Origin: Octopus vulgaris
Taxonomy: Eukaryota
Direction: 5' to 3'
Assembly: GCA_951406725.2 (NCBI GenBank)
Contig: OX597823.1
Coordinates: 22,754,001-22,818,000 of the forward strand
Length of the DNA: 64,000 bases
Below, piece after piece: positions 13,451-27,905 of this stretch. The notes beneath the pieces are model-generated. The model was given only the letters and a program-made list of their open reading frames with translations, had not been told where the DNA came from and made no database searches. The position numbers and the translations under genes are program-made. The number at the start of each line of letters is the position of its first letter. Positions within the stretch are counted from its first letter, which is position 1.

Positions 13451-14277
13451 GAAAAAGAATACTGAAACTCCACCGATTCAAATTCAAACCAAGGGTTAAA
13501 TACGGTCCAACTGTGACCATACTGTCTTTATGTATATCTAGGACTATATCGACTAATGTGTCCTTTCTATTTTACGATGAAAAGGTGTAATTTGAAGGAA
13601 TTTGGTTGCTTCTTCTAAATAGTAAAACAAGCGCGATGATAAGCGTTGGTGCACTGATATGATTTCCATAGACAACTGAAAAACATATTTTAAACCTCGA
13701 TAGACGAGAGAAATAGAACAGAAATGATGGGAAGTGACGAACGCAAATGTTGAAATGACCGGTAAACCAAATGCAAGCTGTAACATAATACAGAATCTTC
13801 ATAAGATGCTGGTAATAACATATTTGTGTGAGAGACTGTGATATAGTTGATGTAATGCATAAAAAAGTTGAAACCTTTGTAACAATAAGAATTTATTCAT
13901 TCCTTCAAAGCCTGCAGAATAAGTTTAGAAAGAAAAATATGACACAAGTAATCGATCGAGAAATATAGTGTAGAAGGCAACAACGGTGGATAAAAAGAAT
14001 AACTCGGAAAATGCATTCGATCTAATCTAATCAAAGACAGTGCGTCACTCGGTCACTACTCCGGTTTTCTCACTTTTGTTGCGTTCGTTTAGACAAATTA
14101 TAACGAATGAATATGGATACACTTTGTCATGACTTGAATACCTTTTTCTCCTGTTTGCTCATTCACACACACGTGGATGTACAGACGCACACACACGCAC
14201 ACACAGAAACTCATATGCACACACACATCCATATACACACATACACATGTATATGCATATATATATATACATATATA

Positions 14278-14309
<32 letters not shown>

Positions 14310-14317
14310 CACACATG

Positions 14318-14397
<80 letters not shown>

Positions 14398-14422
14398 GAG
14401 AGAGAGAGAGAGTGAGTGAGAG

Positions 14423-14591
14423 AGGGTGACAAAAGTGACAGAGGGTACTGATTAGTACCGCTTTTGCTAAAGATAAGAGTTAAACTAACTCAAATGCACA
14501 AACGCACTGTCTTAAGTGTGTTTGTGGCTTTGTGTATCTTTAGCAAAAGCAGTGCTAGCTAGTCAGTACTCTCTGTCACTGTTGTGACCTC
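14423..14591. mobile_element. Foldback/MITE-like palindromic element
   Basis: Arms GTGACAGAGGGTACTGATTAG..GCTTTTGCTAAAGATA and TATCTTTAGCAAAAGC..CTAGTCAGTACTCTCTGTCAC, plus an inner CACAAACGCACT/AGTGTGTTTGTG hairpin. Confidence 0.7.
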
Positions 14592-14652
14592 TGTTTTGCC
14601 TCTAGATTCTAATTGCTAATACGCCACCCTTTTTAATTTGCTATATATATAT

Positions 14653-14845
14653 GGCGTGTGTACCGTTGGTGATTTTTTTCCTCCGTCTTCCCTTCTTTGG
14701 ATCTTTCCTTCTCCTATGTTTCCGACGAAGAGCTCCGCTGGAAACGTTAAACCCTCCTTCTTACCTTCTTTCCTGAGCGTCCAATAATACTATATTTGTT
14801 CCACGTCCTCGCGTTGTGTTTTTTTGTGCTTTCTTGTTTGGATTA

Positions 14846-14849
<4 letters not shown>
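14653..14849 (+). mobile_element. ~200-bp HHR-bearing repeat (probable solo PLE pLTR) between (TA)n tracts
   Basis: Homologous to 55212-55412 and 24466-24600(-). HHR-like gUUU CCGACGA a GAGC ucc GCUG GAAA cg UU AAAc at 14718-14752. Confidence 0.75.
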
Positions 14850-14885
<36 letters not shown>

Positions 14886-14888
<3 letters not shown>

Positions 14889-15435
14889 GTGCAGCGATTA
14901 AACTGCTGTCAAAATTACGCAAAAATGAAAATAACACTGACGTCTCATTTTAATAGATATATTTGCCAAAATTACATAAAAATATCTTGTAATACTAAAG
15001 AGTAAATTTAATCAATAAAATCGTCATTGGCCTCAACCACGGCCTCCAGGCAACTTCGGAATCTCTTGTAACTCTTCTGGACAGTCTCCTTGCTTAAGTT
15101 GGTGAATGCTGCAATAATCCTTGCCTTCAGTTCATCTTTGGTGTTACAAGGAGTTTTGTTGGTGTCTCACTAAACTGTGCCCTACACATAATAATCAAGG
15201 GGATTTGAAGTCTGGGAGGTTAGGAGGCCAGATTTTAGGGGTGACGTGGTCGCAGAAATTGTCTAACAGCCATGATTGGGTTTTCCTGCTTGTGTAACAT
15301 GGTGCAGAGTCCTGTTGCCAGACATAGCGTCTTTCAGCAGCCACCCTCTTGAGCCAGGGCAGCACTACCTCCTCCAGGCACTTGATGTAGGCCTCGGTGT
15401 TGAGTTTGAGGCCGTGTCGGAATATGAATGGAGAT
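14886..15435 (-). mobile_element. 3' part of a DD37D (maT-like) Tc1/mariner transposon
   Basis: VWQQDSAPCYTS..WPPNLPD..NKTPCNTKDELK; TA-CAGGTGCAGCGATTAAAC terminus. Confidence 0.85.
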
Positions 15436-16379
15436 ACAATATATATCGCATGAAACGATTGGAAATTATAACAATGAAAAGAAAAAGAAACTATAAATTT
15501 AACTAACATTGCGAAATGCGAACGATGAATATTTACTTCTGAATCAATTTGATGCTCTCGTTTCAACATATAATTTAGTAGTTAAAATTTTACAACAGTT
15601 TTATTACTCTGTATCCAGCAGATGAGAGACAAGTTCCTCGATGTCACAAATTTAAGCCACGAAGCCATCACAATTTGGCTATCCATAGTTACAAATTCCA
15701 AAAATTTTGCGATCTGCGGTATATTTCTATGCCATTCACTTGATATAAATATACAAATAGGGTTGTTTACGTACAGATACCAGCGAGTCTGAAATAAACA
15801 ATAGTAACGAGAAATACTAAAATTAGTGTTTTAAAACTTGTAAAATGATATCTTCAACACAACAACGCAGAATCAGAGCTGCTAAACACTCTGCTATTAA
15901 TATACTATAAATATTTAATAATAATAATATCTCCATCAACCCCTGCGATCCGTAATGTCAGTTCTTTATCTCCAGATTCTGTTAGATTAAACGGTGTTGA
16001 AACAGTTCTGCTCTTGGGTAAGAAGCTCGCCTACAGCGCGTAACACTCACGGCAAAGTTGATAAACATCTATAACGAGATGATGTAAGGCAAGTAGACTT
16101 TAATAAGAAGATTAGAGACAACAAAACTCCAGCAACAAACAGGTCTTGACTAATGAGCTTTAATATCAGAATTCTACCAATTCAACCATTGAACTACTAC
16201 TCTTTTTTTTTCTGTTTTCAAGGATATTCAATTTGGCTAGATCAGCTAGATTATATTTGTAGGTTTTACTAAGTGAGAAGTTGTTATTTTGTCCAAGGTC
16301 AACTCTCAGACGGCACACCGATAGTTATGGCCAAAACTGTCACAGTATGACCATCACATTATTTTTTAAACATAGTACG

Positions 16380-17217
16380 CAGTGAGACCTAGCAGTGACC
16401 TTCGTGAGACAGTGTGTCGAGTGACATCGCTGTGTTCATTTTGCAAGTTGTGGAATTTGGGTTTTGTGATCACGTGTGTACTGTAGTCTGCGATCTTTAT
16501 CATGGACAGGAACAAAGAACCAACGTGAAATTTTGAGTTATACTTGAGAAGTCTGCTGCAGAGACGTTGAGCATGCTTCGGCAAGGCAGTGAGTTGCAAG
16601 CAATGTTTTGAGTGTCACGGGCGCTTCAAAAGTAGGAGAACGTCCCTGGAAGATGATGGAAGATCTGGAAGACCTGCCACGAGCGTCACCTCTGGAAATG
16701 TGATATTGTACATCGAGAATTCATCCCCAGGGCCAGACCGTCCGTCGAGAGTTCTACTGCGACGTGGGAAAAGTTTGAGGGAGGACATTCGGCGAAAGCG
16801 ACCGGATCTGTGGAGCGCGATGAATTGGATTCTTCACAACAATGCACCTTGTCACCAAGCTCCCTTCACGCGTGGGTTTCTGGCCAAAAACAACATTGTA
16901 TCGCCTTTCCATCGCTCCTATCCGTCAGACTTAACACCTGCAGACTTCTATCTCATCTCAAAGATGAAAATGCAGCTCAAATGTCACCGTTTTAACACCG
17001 TTGTCAAGATCTAGAGCGAATCGCAGAAGGTCCTCGACTCGCTTACGGAAAGCGACTTCCAGGTCGGATTCCAAATGTGACAGGAGCGCTGGGACTGGTG
17101 TATTGCTGCGCAAGGTGACTATTTCAAAGGAGGTAATGTTAAGACTTAGGTAAATAAGTTATTTTTTAAACATTTTTTTAAACATAGCTACTCCGTGAAC
17201 TTTTTGATACCACCTCG
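16380..17217 (+). mobile_element. Internally deleted mariner transposon
   Basis: FKSRRTSLEDDGRSGRP, IRRKRPDLW..WILHNNAPCH, YPSDLTPADFYL; right TIR GAACTTTTTGATACCACCTCG-TA. Confidence 0.88.
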
Positions 17218-18219
17218 TACGTCAAGAACTATATCATCCAGCTTGTACTACACTTTTTAAGGTTGGGATTTGAGAAAGATTTGATCGGTGCTGATATAGA
17301 GACCATGACGAAGCTTCTTCAAAAGCTCGTTAAATAGAAAGCTATATTCTCTGCTGAATAATTGCCGCCGTCTCATGGAAAATGAAGACACTCTGTGTAA
17401 TATTGGCAAAGTGACAATGCAATGGAATATACTCTAAAATCTGTCAAGATGTTAAGGACGACTGCGGCAAACTTCTTCATTAAGAATACGAATTGGAAGA
17501 AGTGGCGCTTTATCAAGTCAATCAATACTTTCCGACAGGAACATTGTCCGGAAAGAGTTTGAGAAAATATCAGAGTGAAATAGTTTGAGATGTGAGAATA
17601 TTTAGATCCGGAAGATAGAGGATGCGACGTATGTGATACATGAAAATAAAAGAATCATTTTTAAAAAAGCTGCTGGAAGGGTTAAAATATTTACAAAACT
17701 GCGCAAACTATCATGAATCACACACGTATATTTGTTACTAAAACTACCACAACACATGTCTTAATTACGTGTAAGGTAGACAGAATATAGTATTTTCTAA
17801 GATATTGAAGAGCCTACAGATAGTACAACAAATACTTAAATCAATAAAACACTTCAAATTGTAGTCATTACTAGTTTAGCATTGAACGTGTCAGGAAATC
17901 CGCAATTAGCAGCGTTCAAACGGGATGTGACGATTTTTAAAGTTTTCAACTTCAAGTTTGGAGTGTTGTCGATTATATTGGTCAAATGGTGTGCGCTTTG
18001 CCAATATATTATTCGATGTGGGTTATAAATGTCACGTCTGAAAGCGCAAAATAGTCAAACGTCGAACAAATGAGGTCATTTCAGCAATACAGTTCTATGG
18101 TTTCTCCTTTTACCTGAGATGCAGCCAAATAAAAATCAAAAATTTTAAGTAACGTATTGGATTTTTCCAGGAATTCTCAGCTCTTTCTTCAATTGAATTT
18201 GCATCCTTGACTGGTTTAT

Positions 18220-18405
18220 CACCTCAGTTTCTTCCTCTTCCCATGGAGTATCAAGCAATGAGAGATCTTCACCCAGCACGATTGCAAAGATTATCTTGAG
18301 CCTGATCTAAGGCTAGGCCCATATATGCTATGTCCTCCATGGTCTTTAACTCGTACGCCATCCGGCGTCCACTCGAGAAAGGCTTTCACTGGCCCCTTTA
18401 TGGAT
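18220..18405 (-). mobile_element. 3' end of an RTE-like LINE (decayed)
   Basis: Minus-strand translation PVKAFLEWTPDGVR..GLALDQAQ..NRAG*RSLIA resembles the RTE ORF C-terminus. Confidence 0.5.
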
Positions 18406-19689
18406 TTATAGTTCAGAGATTTTTGTTTTCATAAATGAGCTATTGAGACCTCTTTGGAATTAGTAAGGACAAATTTCACGATTGTTTCAGAGAATTTGTA
18501 GATCAAGTTCCGAAATAATGTTCTATCAATACATCCAGAATGCCATGGACAAACAAAACAATCTGGAAGTACAATTGAACTACCAGTAAATCTAGACATG
18601 TTACAAACAGAGTTACCATTATCTTATAACCGGATCGAGGGAGCAGTGCAGCTAGCATTTAGACAAAAAGCTAACCAACACAATTGGAATCAGAAGGTAT
18701 ATCGACTAAATTAAAATAATTGAATTATGCTATCATAGTCTTAAAGTAAAGATAATCCGACAAGATCTCTATGTCTCTTGGTAGTCACCAAAGAAATGAT
18801 TTCCTAGACAAGTGTAAAAGTGATGAATAGAATTGTCAGCTTTAACAACTTATTCGTTAAAACTATTTCCTAATGAAGAAGAAAGTACGGACAATGTGAG
18901 ACGTGTGGAGAAAAAGAAATAAAATTTCAATGTGAAAAGTGAGTGAAAAAGAAATAAAATTTCAATAAGACAAGGTATGACTCGTATAAGAAGATTATAT
19001 GTAATAAAGTAAACTGTTTTTCATCATGAAGTATATTTCGTGCGAAGCTTAAATTTGTTTGAATTGTTTTGTTTGAACGTTTTCATCATTATATTATGAC
19101 TTTGTTCATTCTTCTACTCCATAATGGTAATGTTGATTTCTATTGATAACTAGACTGAGGTTATATTAGCCATAATGAATAGAAGCGTTAGAGTGAGAAA
19201 TGACATATGTCTGCACAAATAAGAATTCCTTTCACAGGTATGAGTTGTTCCAAAGGAACATTGAGTACTTATTTGATCAATTACAGGTTGATAGCTCTTG
19301 GTTTATTAAACCCAAAGAAGAGGGAAACGAAAAATGAATTTGCGTTGGTGGGATTTGAACTAAGAAAACAAAAGAATGTAACTAAATTCTTCGGGTCATT
19401 TTGTCCAATGTTCTAATGATTCTTCTATTTGCCGCCCCTTTTATAGTATAGGCGCGAGGCTTGAAATTTAGGTTAAACGTTAGACGATAATGATGATACC
19501 AGTACTTGATTGGTACTTTATTTTTGTACCCCAGTAAGGATGAAAGGCAAAATTGACCTCGACAATACTTGAACTCATATGTTTTGTGCATGTCCTTTAT
19601 TGAGGTCAACGCCTTCCCACCTACCCTTATTCTCCTTGAGAGTTCAGCTTCCCTATCTTGACACATATTTATTACGTGCTCTGAGTAGA

Positions 19690-20540
19690 AATATTCCTTT
19701 ACCTTTTCGATTTCATCGTTTCAATGTCTATTTGGCTGCATATATTTTATTTTCATGTGGTTCATTTTAAGGCTTACTGCTAAAGTATGAATGTCCAGCT
19801 CTGACAGTTTGGTCTGCAGCTGGGCTGTGGTTTCAGCGTTGAGTACAACGTCATCTGCGAACAAGAGGTGTGTTAGTTGTTCGCCATTGATGTTTACAAC
19901 AGCTATCTAGTCAATGTACTCGATGACCATTTCTAGACTGGCGCTAAGGAGTTTTGGAGAGAGAGTATTTCTTTGTTTGACACCCTTCTCAATTGAGACT
20001 CTTATTGGTGGAGATGGCAGAGCTATATTTGCTGTGCATCCAGATCTCGCATCTCTAAGCAGTTTCATTGCGTCAAGATTTTCCATTTCCAGAGATTTCA
20101 CTACTGCTTTCATCTAGACACTATCGAAGGCCTTTCCGTAATCAACAAAGGCGATACACAGAGGAAGCTTGTATTCGTTCGCTCGTTAGAGTTAGAGTGA
20201 ATATGTGATCTGTCGCACTATAGTTTATACGGAAACCCGCTTGCTCTCTCGGCTGTTGATCGTCGACGTGCTTCGATAGTCTGGTGATTACAACCTTTGT
20301 AAATAGGTTATAGAAGTGAGACAAAGGCATATGAGGCGATAGTTTGTTTTTTTTTATTTGCTTTATCACCCTTCTAATGGAGCAAGATGTTATTCAACTC
20401 TTTCCACAGAGACTATTTTTTGACTCTTACTTAGAAACTGAAGAGTAGAACGAGGATTTTCCACAGATCTTTACCTCCGCATCTTAACGTTTCTTTTGTA
20501 ATACCTTCGTTCCCAGGGGTTTTTCTGCTCTCATCAGTTT
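19690..20540 (-). mobile_element. RTE-clade LINE reverse transcriptase fragment
   Basis: QQPREQAGFR..YSATDHIFTL, IAFVDYGKAFDSV, GVKQRNTLSPKL, LTHLLFADDVVL. Confidence 0.9.
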
Positions 20541-20718
20541 GGGGGCATTATCAGTTTCACTGATCAGAATAGGTAACAGAGATAATAAATGGCCCGCGCT
20601 CCAAGCCAGCGGGGTGGCTTCAGCACCTGTGTTTAAGAAGTTGCAGAACGAAGGCGCTTACACGCTAGATATTGGCTATACGAAAACGTTTTTCCAAGAG
20701 TTATACGTATGTATATAT

Positions 20719-20791
<73 letters not shown>

Positions 20792-20793
<2 letters not shown>

Positions 20794-21877
20794 AGCAGAT
20801 ACACACGGCATTACCCGGGTTAATAATGAAATTTAAAATCGCCGACTAGATTACGCAGGTCTCAACTGCTGTTAGCTGAGATACAAACTTTCTACATTAA
20901 TACCTCAACAACCCGTGCCAGCATGGAACATAGAAGTTAAGTGAAATGTTAAAAGAAAGTTTTCAACTCATATATGTATATAAAGTAAATACATATAATT
21001 CAAAAACACGTTTTGTATAGCTTATTTCATAACCAAAAAAACAGGTACAGATTATAAACAATGAAAAGCCGATTTTGGTGATTCATTTGACAGAGGTAGT
21101 ACAGAGCCAATCCGATGATAAATCTGACCTTGGATCTTAAAAGTTTGCATGAATCCTGACTCAGTTAAATTTCTTGTGTTTCCAAATGATGTCATCTATA
21201 GTGCAGCGTTCTATTGTCTAATTTTATTTTGGAAGTGCTCGGAATCTCAGTCAGTTGATGACAAGTATCTCCAATGGCTCTGGAGGTTGGGGAATTGCAG
21301 GGAGTTCAGCCTTTCCACCACTGCAGCACAGTGCAGGTGTCTCTCAAGGCCACTTCCTTGGTCTACAATGTATGAACTCAGTTGTCATTGGACCAATGGA
21401 AACTCAAATGTCATCTGCATAATGAACTGCTGGATCATAATTGAAAGCTGCTTCATAGAACTTGCTTCTCTGATCTGTTGCAACTGCTTTTCGTTCTGCA
21501 TCAGAGATCCTATTCCTTGTTAGCCGCGCATACCTCTGTTCCTCACCTTGAGATGCTCCGGATTTTGTAGTGCACAGTCTGTTCATTCTTTGGTATGCTT
21601 CCCTTTCTGGAGCTATCTCTCTTACCCTGGACAGAGACATTCTTTTGGTTGACCTTGACATTGAAATTTATGAAGTTACTTCTGTCAGTAAGTTATGTAT
21701 GAAATTACTTTCATCAGTAATTGTGAACTTCTTTCTGTCAGTAATTTGTCGTTGTTGTTTGTAAATAGCGATTGAAAACATACAGTGAAACAATAGAGTG
21801 AGTGAGATATAGGGAGGGGGAGAGAAAGTGGAAGATAGAGGGAGAGAGGGAGAGATAAGATATAGGGGGATACAGAG

Positions 21878-21925
<48 letters not shown>

Positions 21926-22258
21926 GCATAAAAAGCGAATACACACACATCTCAATTTTGTATATTAGATAAGATTGTGGTAATTTTTTGACCAATGGAT
22001 GTAAGGGAGACATTCAATTTCTGAAAGTTACTTTGCAAAGTTACCTCCCTACTCCACGTAACGCAGGAACAGGTATTTTCTGTCCCCTTTAGGCCTGTTA
22101 CTCATTATGTGAAACCTTTTAAGAGTCTAAAATCATCTCTAGAACATAAGTAATGTATGTTCCCAGTTTGGAGAAAATCAGTTGAAAAATACGGCCATTA
22201 TAATCTTTTACACACACACGCACGCACACACACATACACAGAACAGGGTTTATATTAT
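20792..22258 (-). mobile_element. Internally deleted, decayed Helitron
   Basis: Minus-strand peptide AAFNYDPAVHYADDI*VSIGPMTT..CRPRKWP*ETPALCCSGGKAELP aligns with the RepHel N-terminus near 59885; degenerate 3' hairpin/CTAG-like end at 20792-20819. Confidence 0.75.
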
Positions 22259-22313
22259 ATATTATATTATATATATATTATATATATATATATTATATTA
22301 TATATAATATATA

Positions 22314-22346
<33 letters not shown>

Positions 22347-22498
22347 GTAATGTATGTTCTTATGTAATGATAAATATATTTTTACATTAAGCTTAAGAAT
22401 CACTCAATACATTTGTAACATACAAATTTATCATCCTTTAACAAGTAACAAGTATTGATAAAAACTTCGAAGCTTCGGCCAACTAAATCATCACACAC

Positions 22499-22581
<83 letters not shown>

Positions 22582-23329
22582 CCACAAAATAGTGGTGTCT
22601 TATACGACTACGAATTTATAAGGGACCATCTGTTCCAGTAGATACATGATTTTCGTTTTATTTTATCAACACAGGCAATACAAAGTCGAATCACTGAGTC
22701 GATAAAATATTAAACATATACCAAGAGATCAATTCAATCATCTAGATATCTCCTCAAAATCTAGGGCACAGCCTCAATTCGAGAAATCATTATTCTATGA
22801 TCCAAAAAGCAACTATAACACTTATTTTCATTTTAAGATTTTTCAGAAAATAAAACTAAAAATACGAAGTATTTCAGTATGTTAAAAATGACCTCCTATA
22901 TATGTTTATGTAAACTTGTACTACATATTTGATGGTCAACAACATCGCTCTAGGGTCTCATCTGATGTGCGGATGGTTAGCACTGATAGGACAAAAGCAC
23001 AATGCCTTTTTGCAAGGGAGAATATACTCAACAAGGAATCAACGGCAATCCATTTAATCTACAAATGGGGTGGAGATCCATTTACGTTTCTAGGAGAAGC
23101 ATTGCTGACTCTCTTAGTAACCCCCCGTATCCAGTAGTCCCCCTCAAACGAAATGGTTTTATATTTTCTCTAATCCAAGGAAACGCGAGCAAGAGAAGGT
23201 CCTCGATAAATGCCAGAAGCATCTTAGGTGACTTACATCAATCTTGCCTAAGAGGCATGTAATGACTGTTGATAAGTGATGCTGCTCCTATCACATCGCC
23301 GGAAACAACATCAGGTGCCATTCATTCAT

Positions 23330-23525
23330 TCTTTTACTTGTTTCAGTCATTTGAATGCGGCCATGCTGGAGCACCGCCTTTAATCGAACAAATCAACCAT
23401 ACGGCTTATTCTTTCTAAGCCTAGCACTATCGGTCTCTTTTACCGAACCGCTAATTTACAGGGTTGTAAACACACCAACATCGTTTTGTCAAGCGATGGT
23501 GGGTGGGGAAAAATACTGATACACA
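23330..23525 (-). mobile_element. SINE family A, 3' half
   Basis: Reverse complement of the SINE A tail region. Confidence 0.8.
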
Positions 23526-23537
23526 AACATAGATATA

Positions 23538-24452
23538 CAGGGGTTGGACAAAATAATGGAAACACCAAGCATCATATCATCATTATTTTGAAATATCTAT
23601 AAAACCGTAAAAAGCTTGTTTATTTTTATGTTTTATATTTATTATTAGTGTTGCTTAATATGTTTTGTTAAAATTGTTGGGTTTTTTTCAGATATCATCA
23701 GAAAAAGGTATTTAAAATTCATTAAAATGACAGATCTATTGGGCTTTCAAAGAGGTCAAATTGTTGGTGCTCGTATGACAGGCGCTAGCGTAACGAAAAC
23801 AGCCGAAATGTTTGGTGTATCAAGAAGTACTGTCTCGAAAGTAATGACAGCCTTTGAGAAAGAGGGGAAAATATCCTCGTCGAAAGGAAACTCCGGAAGG
23901 AAACCAAAATTTTCAGATAGGGACCGTTGGACTCTTATGCGAATTGTTAGAAAGGATCACAAAAGTACAGCTCCCAAAATTACTGCAGAAACCTCCAGAA
24001 ACCAGTTTCCACAAAAGCTGTTCACCGGGAGCAGCACAAAGCCGGATTCACGGGAAGGCTGCAATCAGAAAATCACTACTTTCAAAAACAAACGTTGCAA
24101 ATCGTTTAGAGTGGAGTAAAAACCTACAGAATTGGTCCCTAGAGCAGTAGAAGAATGCTAAATTTGTTACTGAATGGCACGATGAACATTCTAATGAAGT
24201 TGAACATCTTTTCTAGTCACCATAGTCCCCAGATCTCAATATTATTGAATATTTATGGGGCATTTTAGAAAAACAAGTAAGGAGTTGATATCCTCTACCA
24301 TCATCACTACAAGAACTGGAGACTGTTTTAGCTGAAGAATGGACAAAAATTCCTTTGGAAACTATTCAAACTTTGTACGAGTCCATACCTCGTAGAATTC
24401 AAGCTGCCAAAGGCGGTCCTACCACATATTAAAATATATTTGTTGAAATTTT
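23538..24452 (+). mobile_element. Tc1-like transposon, internally deleted, 3' TIR lost
   Basis: TA-CAGGGGTTGGACAAAATAATGGAAACAC TIR; HTH FQRGQIVGARMTGASVTKTAEMFGVSRSTVSKV..GRKPK; SPDLNIIEYLWGILE. Confidence 0.9.
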
Positions 24453-24465
24453 ATATATATATATA

Positions 24466-24600
24466 GTTAACCCAAACATGTAAACACAAAGAGAAACCAC
24501 AACAACTCGAGAACGTGGAACAAGTATAGTATTATTGGACGCTCAGGAAAGAAGGAAAGACGGAGGGAAAAAAATCGCCAATGGTTCACACGCGGTCACA
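24466..24600 (-). mobile_element. Copy of the 200-bp HHR repeat with the ribozyme deleted
   Basis: Aligns to both ends of 14653-14849; the central HHR segment is missing between repeated CCTTCT tracts. Confidence 0.75.
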
Positions 24601-24615
24601 TTTTGAAATAATATA

Positions 24616-24651
<36 letters not shown>

Positions 24652-24681
24652 TGTATGTATGTATGTATGTATGTATGTATG

Positions 24682-24835
24682 TGACGAGCTTCGTTCAGTT
24701 TCCGTCTACCAAATCCACTCACAAGGCTTTGGTCGGCCCGAAGCTATAGTAGAGGACACTTGCCCAAGTTGCCACGCATTGGAACTGAACCCGAAACCAT
24801 GTGGTTGGGAAGCAAGCCTCTTACCACACAGCTAT
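24682..24835 (-). mobile_element. SINE family A, 5' half
   Basis: Reverse complement of the SINE A head and core. Confidence 0.8.
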
Positions 24836-25084
24836 ACCATTGGTGAGAGAACAAAAAATATCAACTGTTTCAAACTCTACCGATATGCGTCAATACCTCC
24901 AGGGAATCATATTTGTTCAATGTATAGGACATTGAATAGTTGGTATATAAAAAGAAAGGAAAGAAGAGAAACACCAGCTTGAAAACACTTAACTTTGGCA
25001 CTTTGACGCGCACAGACACATTTTGAGGGAAAGCAGTCACTTCAATCGACTCTGGTTATTGCTACTGCTGCTGCTGATGATGAT

Positions 25085-25280
25085 GACTATCGCTGGTGTT
25101 ACGTTCCAAAACACTCCGCGATAGGTGAAACAGTACTGTACTGTATATATATTTTTTTTTTCTTTATAATTTGTATATATTTATTTTATTATGAATACAA
25201 AACAACACCACGGAGGAATCGACGTAAGCTTAGATAATAAACCGCGATAGGTGAACCGTGATGTGGCAAGGAATTACTGT
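25085..25280. mobile_element. pogo/Tigger-type MITE remnant
   Basis: Subterminal CCGCGATAGGTGAA occurs twice; end GGAATTACTG-TA. Confidence 0.5.
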
Positions 25281-26482
25281 ATTGCTCTGCTCTTGTTCGT
25301 ATTATCGCTGTAGGCGGTGGTGGTGGTGGTAGTACTGGTTGCTTTAGTCCTAGGTCAATCATGATCCAATAGACTTCTGCATAAAGACATCCCAGTCGTG
25401 ATCTCTCCCACCGAAATAGCAAAATATGCGTAGTACTACGTTGTGGATGGAGAGACTGCGAAAACTTAAGAAGACTGCTTTGTAATCAGGTTCCGAATTT
25501 GAACCCACTTGTTGTCATCATGAGCAAATCGTAAATTTCTAAATCCTAGGGTCGGCCCAAGGCTTGTGAGATCAAGTCGACAGAACTTGTTTAGAAGCCC
25601 ACTAGATAAGCGGACCGGTAATTCAAAACGCCAGGTTAACCACAAACTATGACATGCCGATCTTCTGTGATAACTACTTCAAGGCCACACATGTCTGTTG
25701 AATACTCAACCACTCAGGTGGTAATTCAACGAATAGGTCCTGCTATCGGTCAAATAACTCGAGCAATCATCTTTGAAAGCGACAGAGGATCCATTTAATC
25801 GTACAACGTTGTCCTTATATCTATAAAACGGTGATGCGCAATTCCAGCGGCATTTGGTCGCTGTTTCTAGTCGGTGGAACCAAGTGTAAAGGATCTCTTG
25901 CAATCTCGTTAGCAAGTATCTTCTTCTGGCACTCGTCGACTTCGAAATGTGGTGGGATGTGAATATGTAAAGAATGTAAAGAGCTGAAGCTAAATAGGGC
26001 AAGGTATTTTTTGTCTGACGATCAAACCAATGCTGAACACCCGGTTTATATTACATTGTGTTGTCATCGTTTCTTGTTGTTTAGTAGTTTAACAACGATA
26101 GACATTCATTTGTAGTTAACGAATAAGAAGAAGAAAAAAAGGAGTTCAACAAAAACTCACATTTCTGTTTGATTGACGAAACATGAAGCAACGTAAAAAA
26201 TAAAAATAAAACGAATTGCTAAATAAAATAACAGAGACAGATAAGATAGACAAATAAAAAAAAATAGATAAAGAATTAAAGTATAAATAAAGTAATAAAA
26301 ATGTATCGAACTGTTGAGCTGATGTGTAGGAAAGTTGTTAGTAGAGTAAGTGAAACGTTGGTGTGTTTGAACTGTATTTAACCTTTGGCTTATAAGTTCA
26401 GGGCAGGCTTTCAGCAAGACAGATCGATAAACAAGAACACCTAACTAACGGATGCTGCAGCACTTCAGTAGCTGCTTTTTCT

Positions 26483-26518
26483 AATGATGATGATGATGAT
26501 GATGATGCTGATGATGAC

Positions 26519-26576
<58 letters not shown>

Positions 26577-26770
26577 TGATTAAAATGATAATGATAATGA
26601 TAACGATGACGACGACCATGACGACGACGACGACCACGATGACGACGATGATAGCGGCTGCGGTCGTGACGGCAGCGGCGCTGGTGGCGATATTGACGGT
26701 GGGATTGATGGCAGTGGTGTTGGTGGTCGTGGTCGTGGTGGTGGTAGTGATGGTGAATGCTGATGGTGAC

Positions 26771-26821
<51 letters not shown>

Positions 26822-27050
26822 AACATATTTTAATGAAGCTTATAGAATCGTTACGTTAGTGGAGATGGGTGGTGGGGGAGACGATGGTGGTGGTGTTTGT
26901 GGTACAGGAGCTGGTGATGGTGATGGTGGTGGCGGTCATGGTGGTGGTGGTGGTCATGGTAGTGGTGGTGGTCATGGTGGTGGCAGCGGCGACGGTAGTG
27001 GTGCTGTTGGTATACAGTTGGTGACAATGGTGATGATGATGATGACGTTA
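26483..27050. repeat. Compound GAT/GAC/GGT/CAT microsatellite field
   Basis: Direct reading. Confidence 0.95.
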
Positions 27051-27527
27051 TCGCTAAGATTTTAATAACAGATCGACTGTCAGTGATTTATTTTCGCCAC
27101 TTAACCCAGGCCCCTCCCCGCCCTCCCGCCGCGGTCATCCCTGTCGAACATCGATGCTGGCCGGAAGTGAAGAAATTGGAACAACTTACAGTCTGACAAA
27201 ATGTAAAGGAGGTTATATACATGTGTGTGTGTGTGCGCGTGTGTGTGTGTGTATGTGTGTGTGCGTGTGTGTGTATGTTAGTGCATGTACCCGCATGTGT
27301 GTGACAGCAACTGTTAATTAGTAGATGCATAATTAGTACATATGCACACTCACACATACACACACTCATGATTAAACACAGACACAGACACACACACACA
27401 CACACACAAAACAAATACGTAAATATGTTATAGAACTATAATTCTGTTCACATGGGTGTACATATATGTATGCGTATATTTGTCTGTGTGTGTACTATTT
27501 GTATGTACTCTTACGAGTATCTATAAT

Positions 27528-27905
27528 AGGCGCAGGTGTGACTGTGTAAGAAATTTGCTTTCCAACAACATGGTTCCGGGTTCATCCAACGGTGTGGCAC
27601 CTTGGGCAAGTGTCTTCCCCTATAGCCTCTGGGCGACTTATGCCTTATGAATAGACTTGATAAACAGAATCTAAAAGAAGCCCGTCAGAAATATGTAAAT
27701 ATATTTATGTGTGTGTAACTTTGTGTCTGTGTTTGAACCCTACTGCAGCTTGACAACTGGTATTGGTATGTTCCCGTAAATTAGCGGTACGACAAAAGAT
27801 ATCGATAAAATAAGTACCAAGTTTTTTAAAAATTAAGTAGTGGGTCGATTCCTTCGAATAAGAATTCTTCTAGGCGGTGTCCCTGCGTAGCAGCAGTCTA
27901 ATGTA
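27528..27905 (+). mobile_element. SINE family A, old diverged copy
   Basis: Colinear with 40686-41100. Confidence 0.75.
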
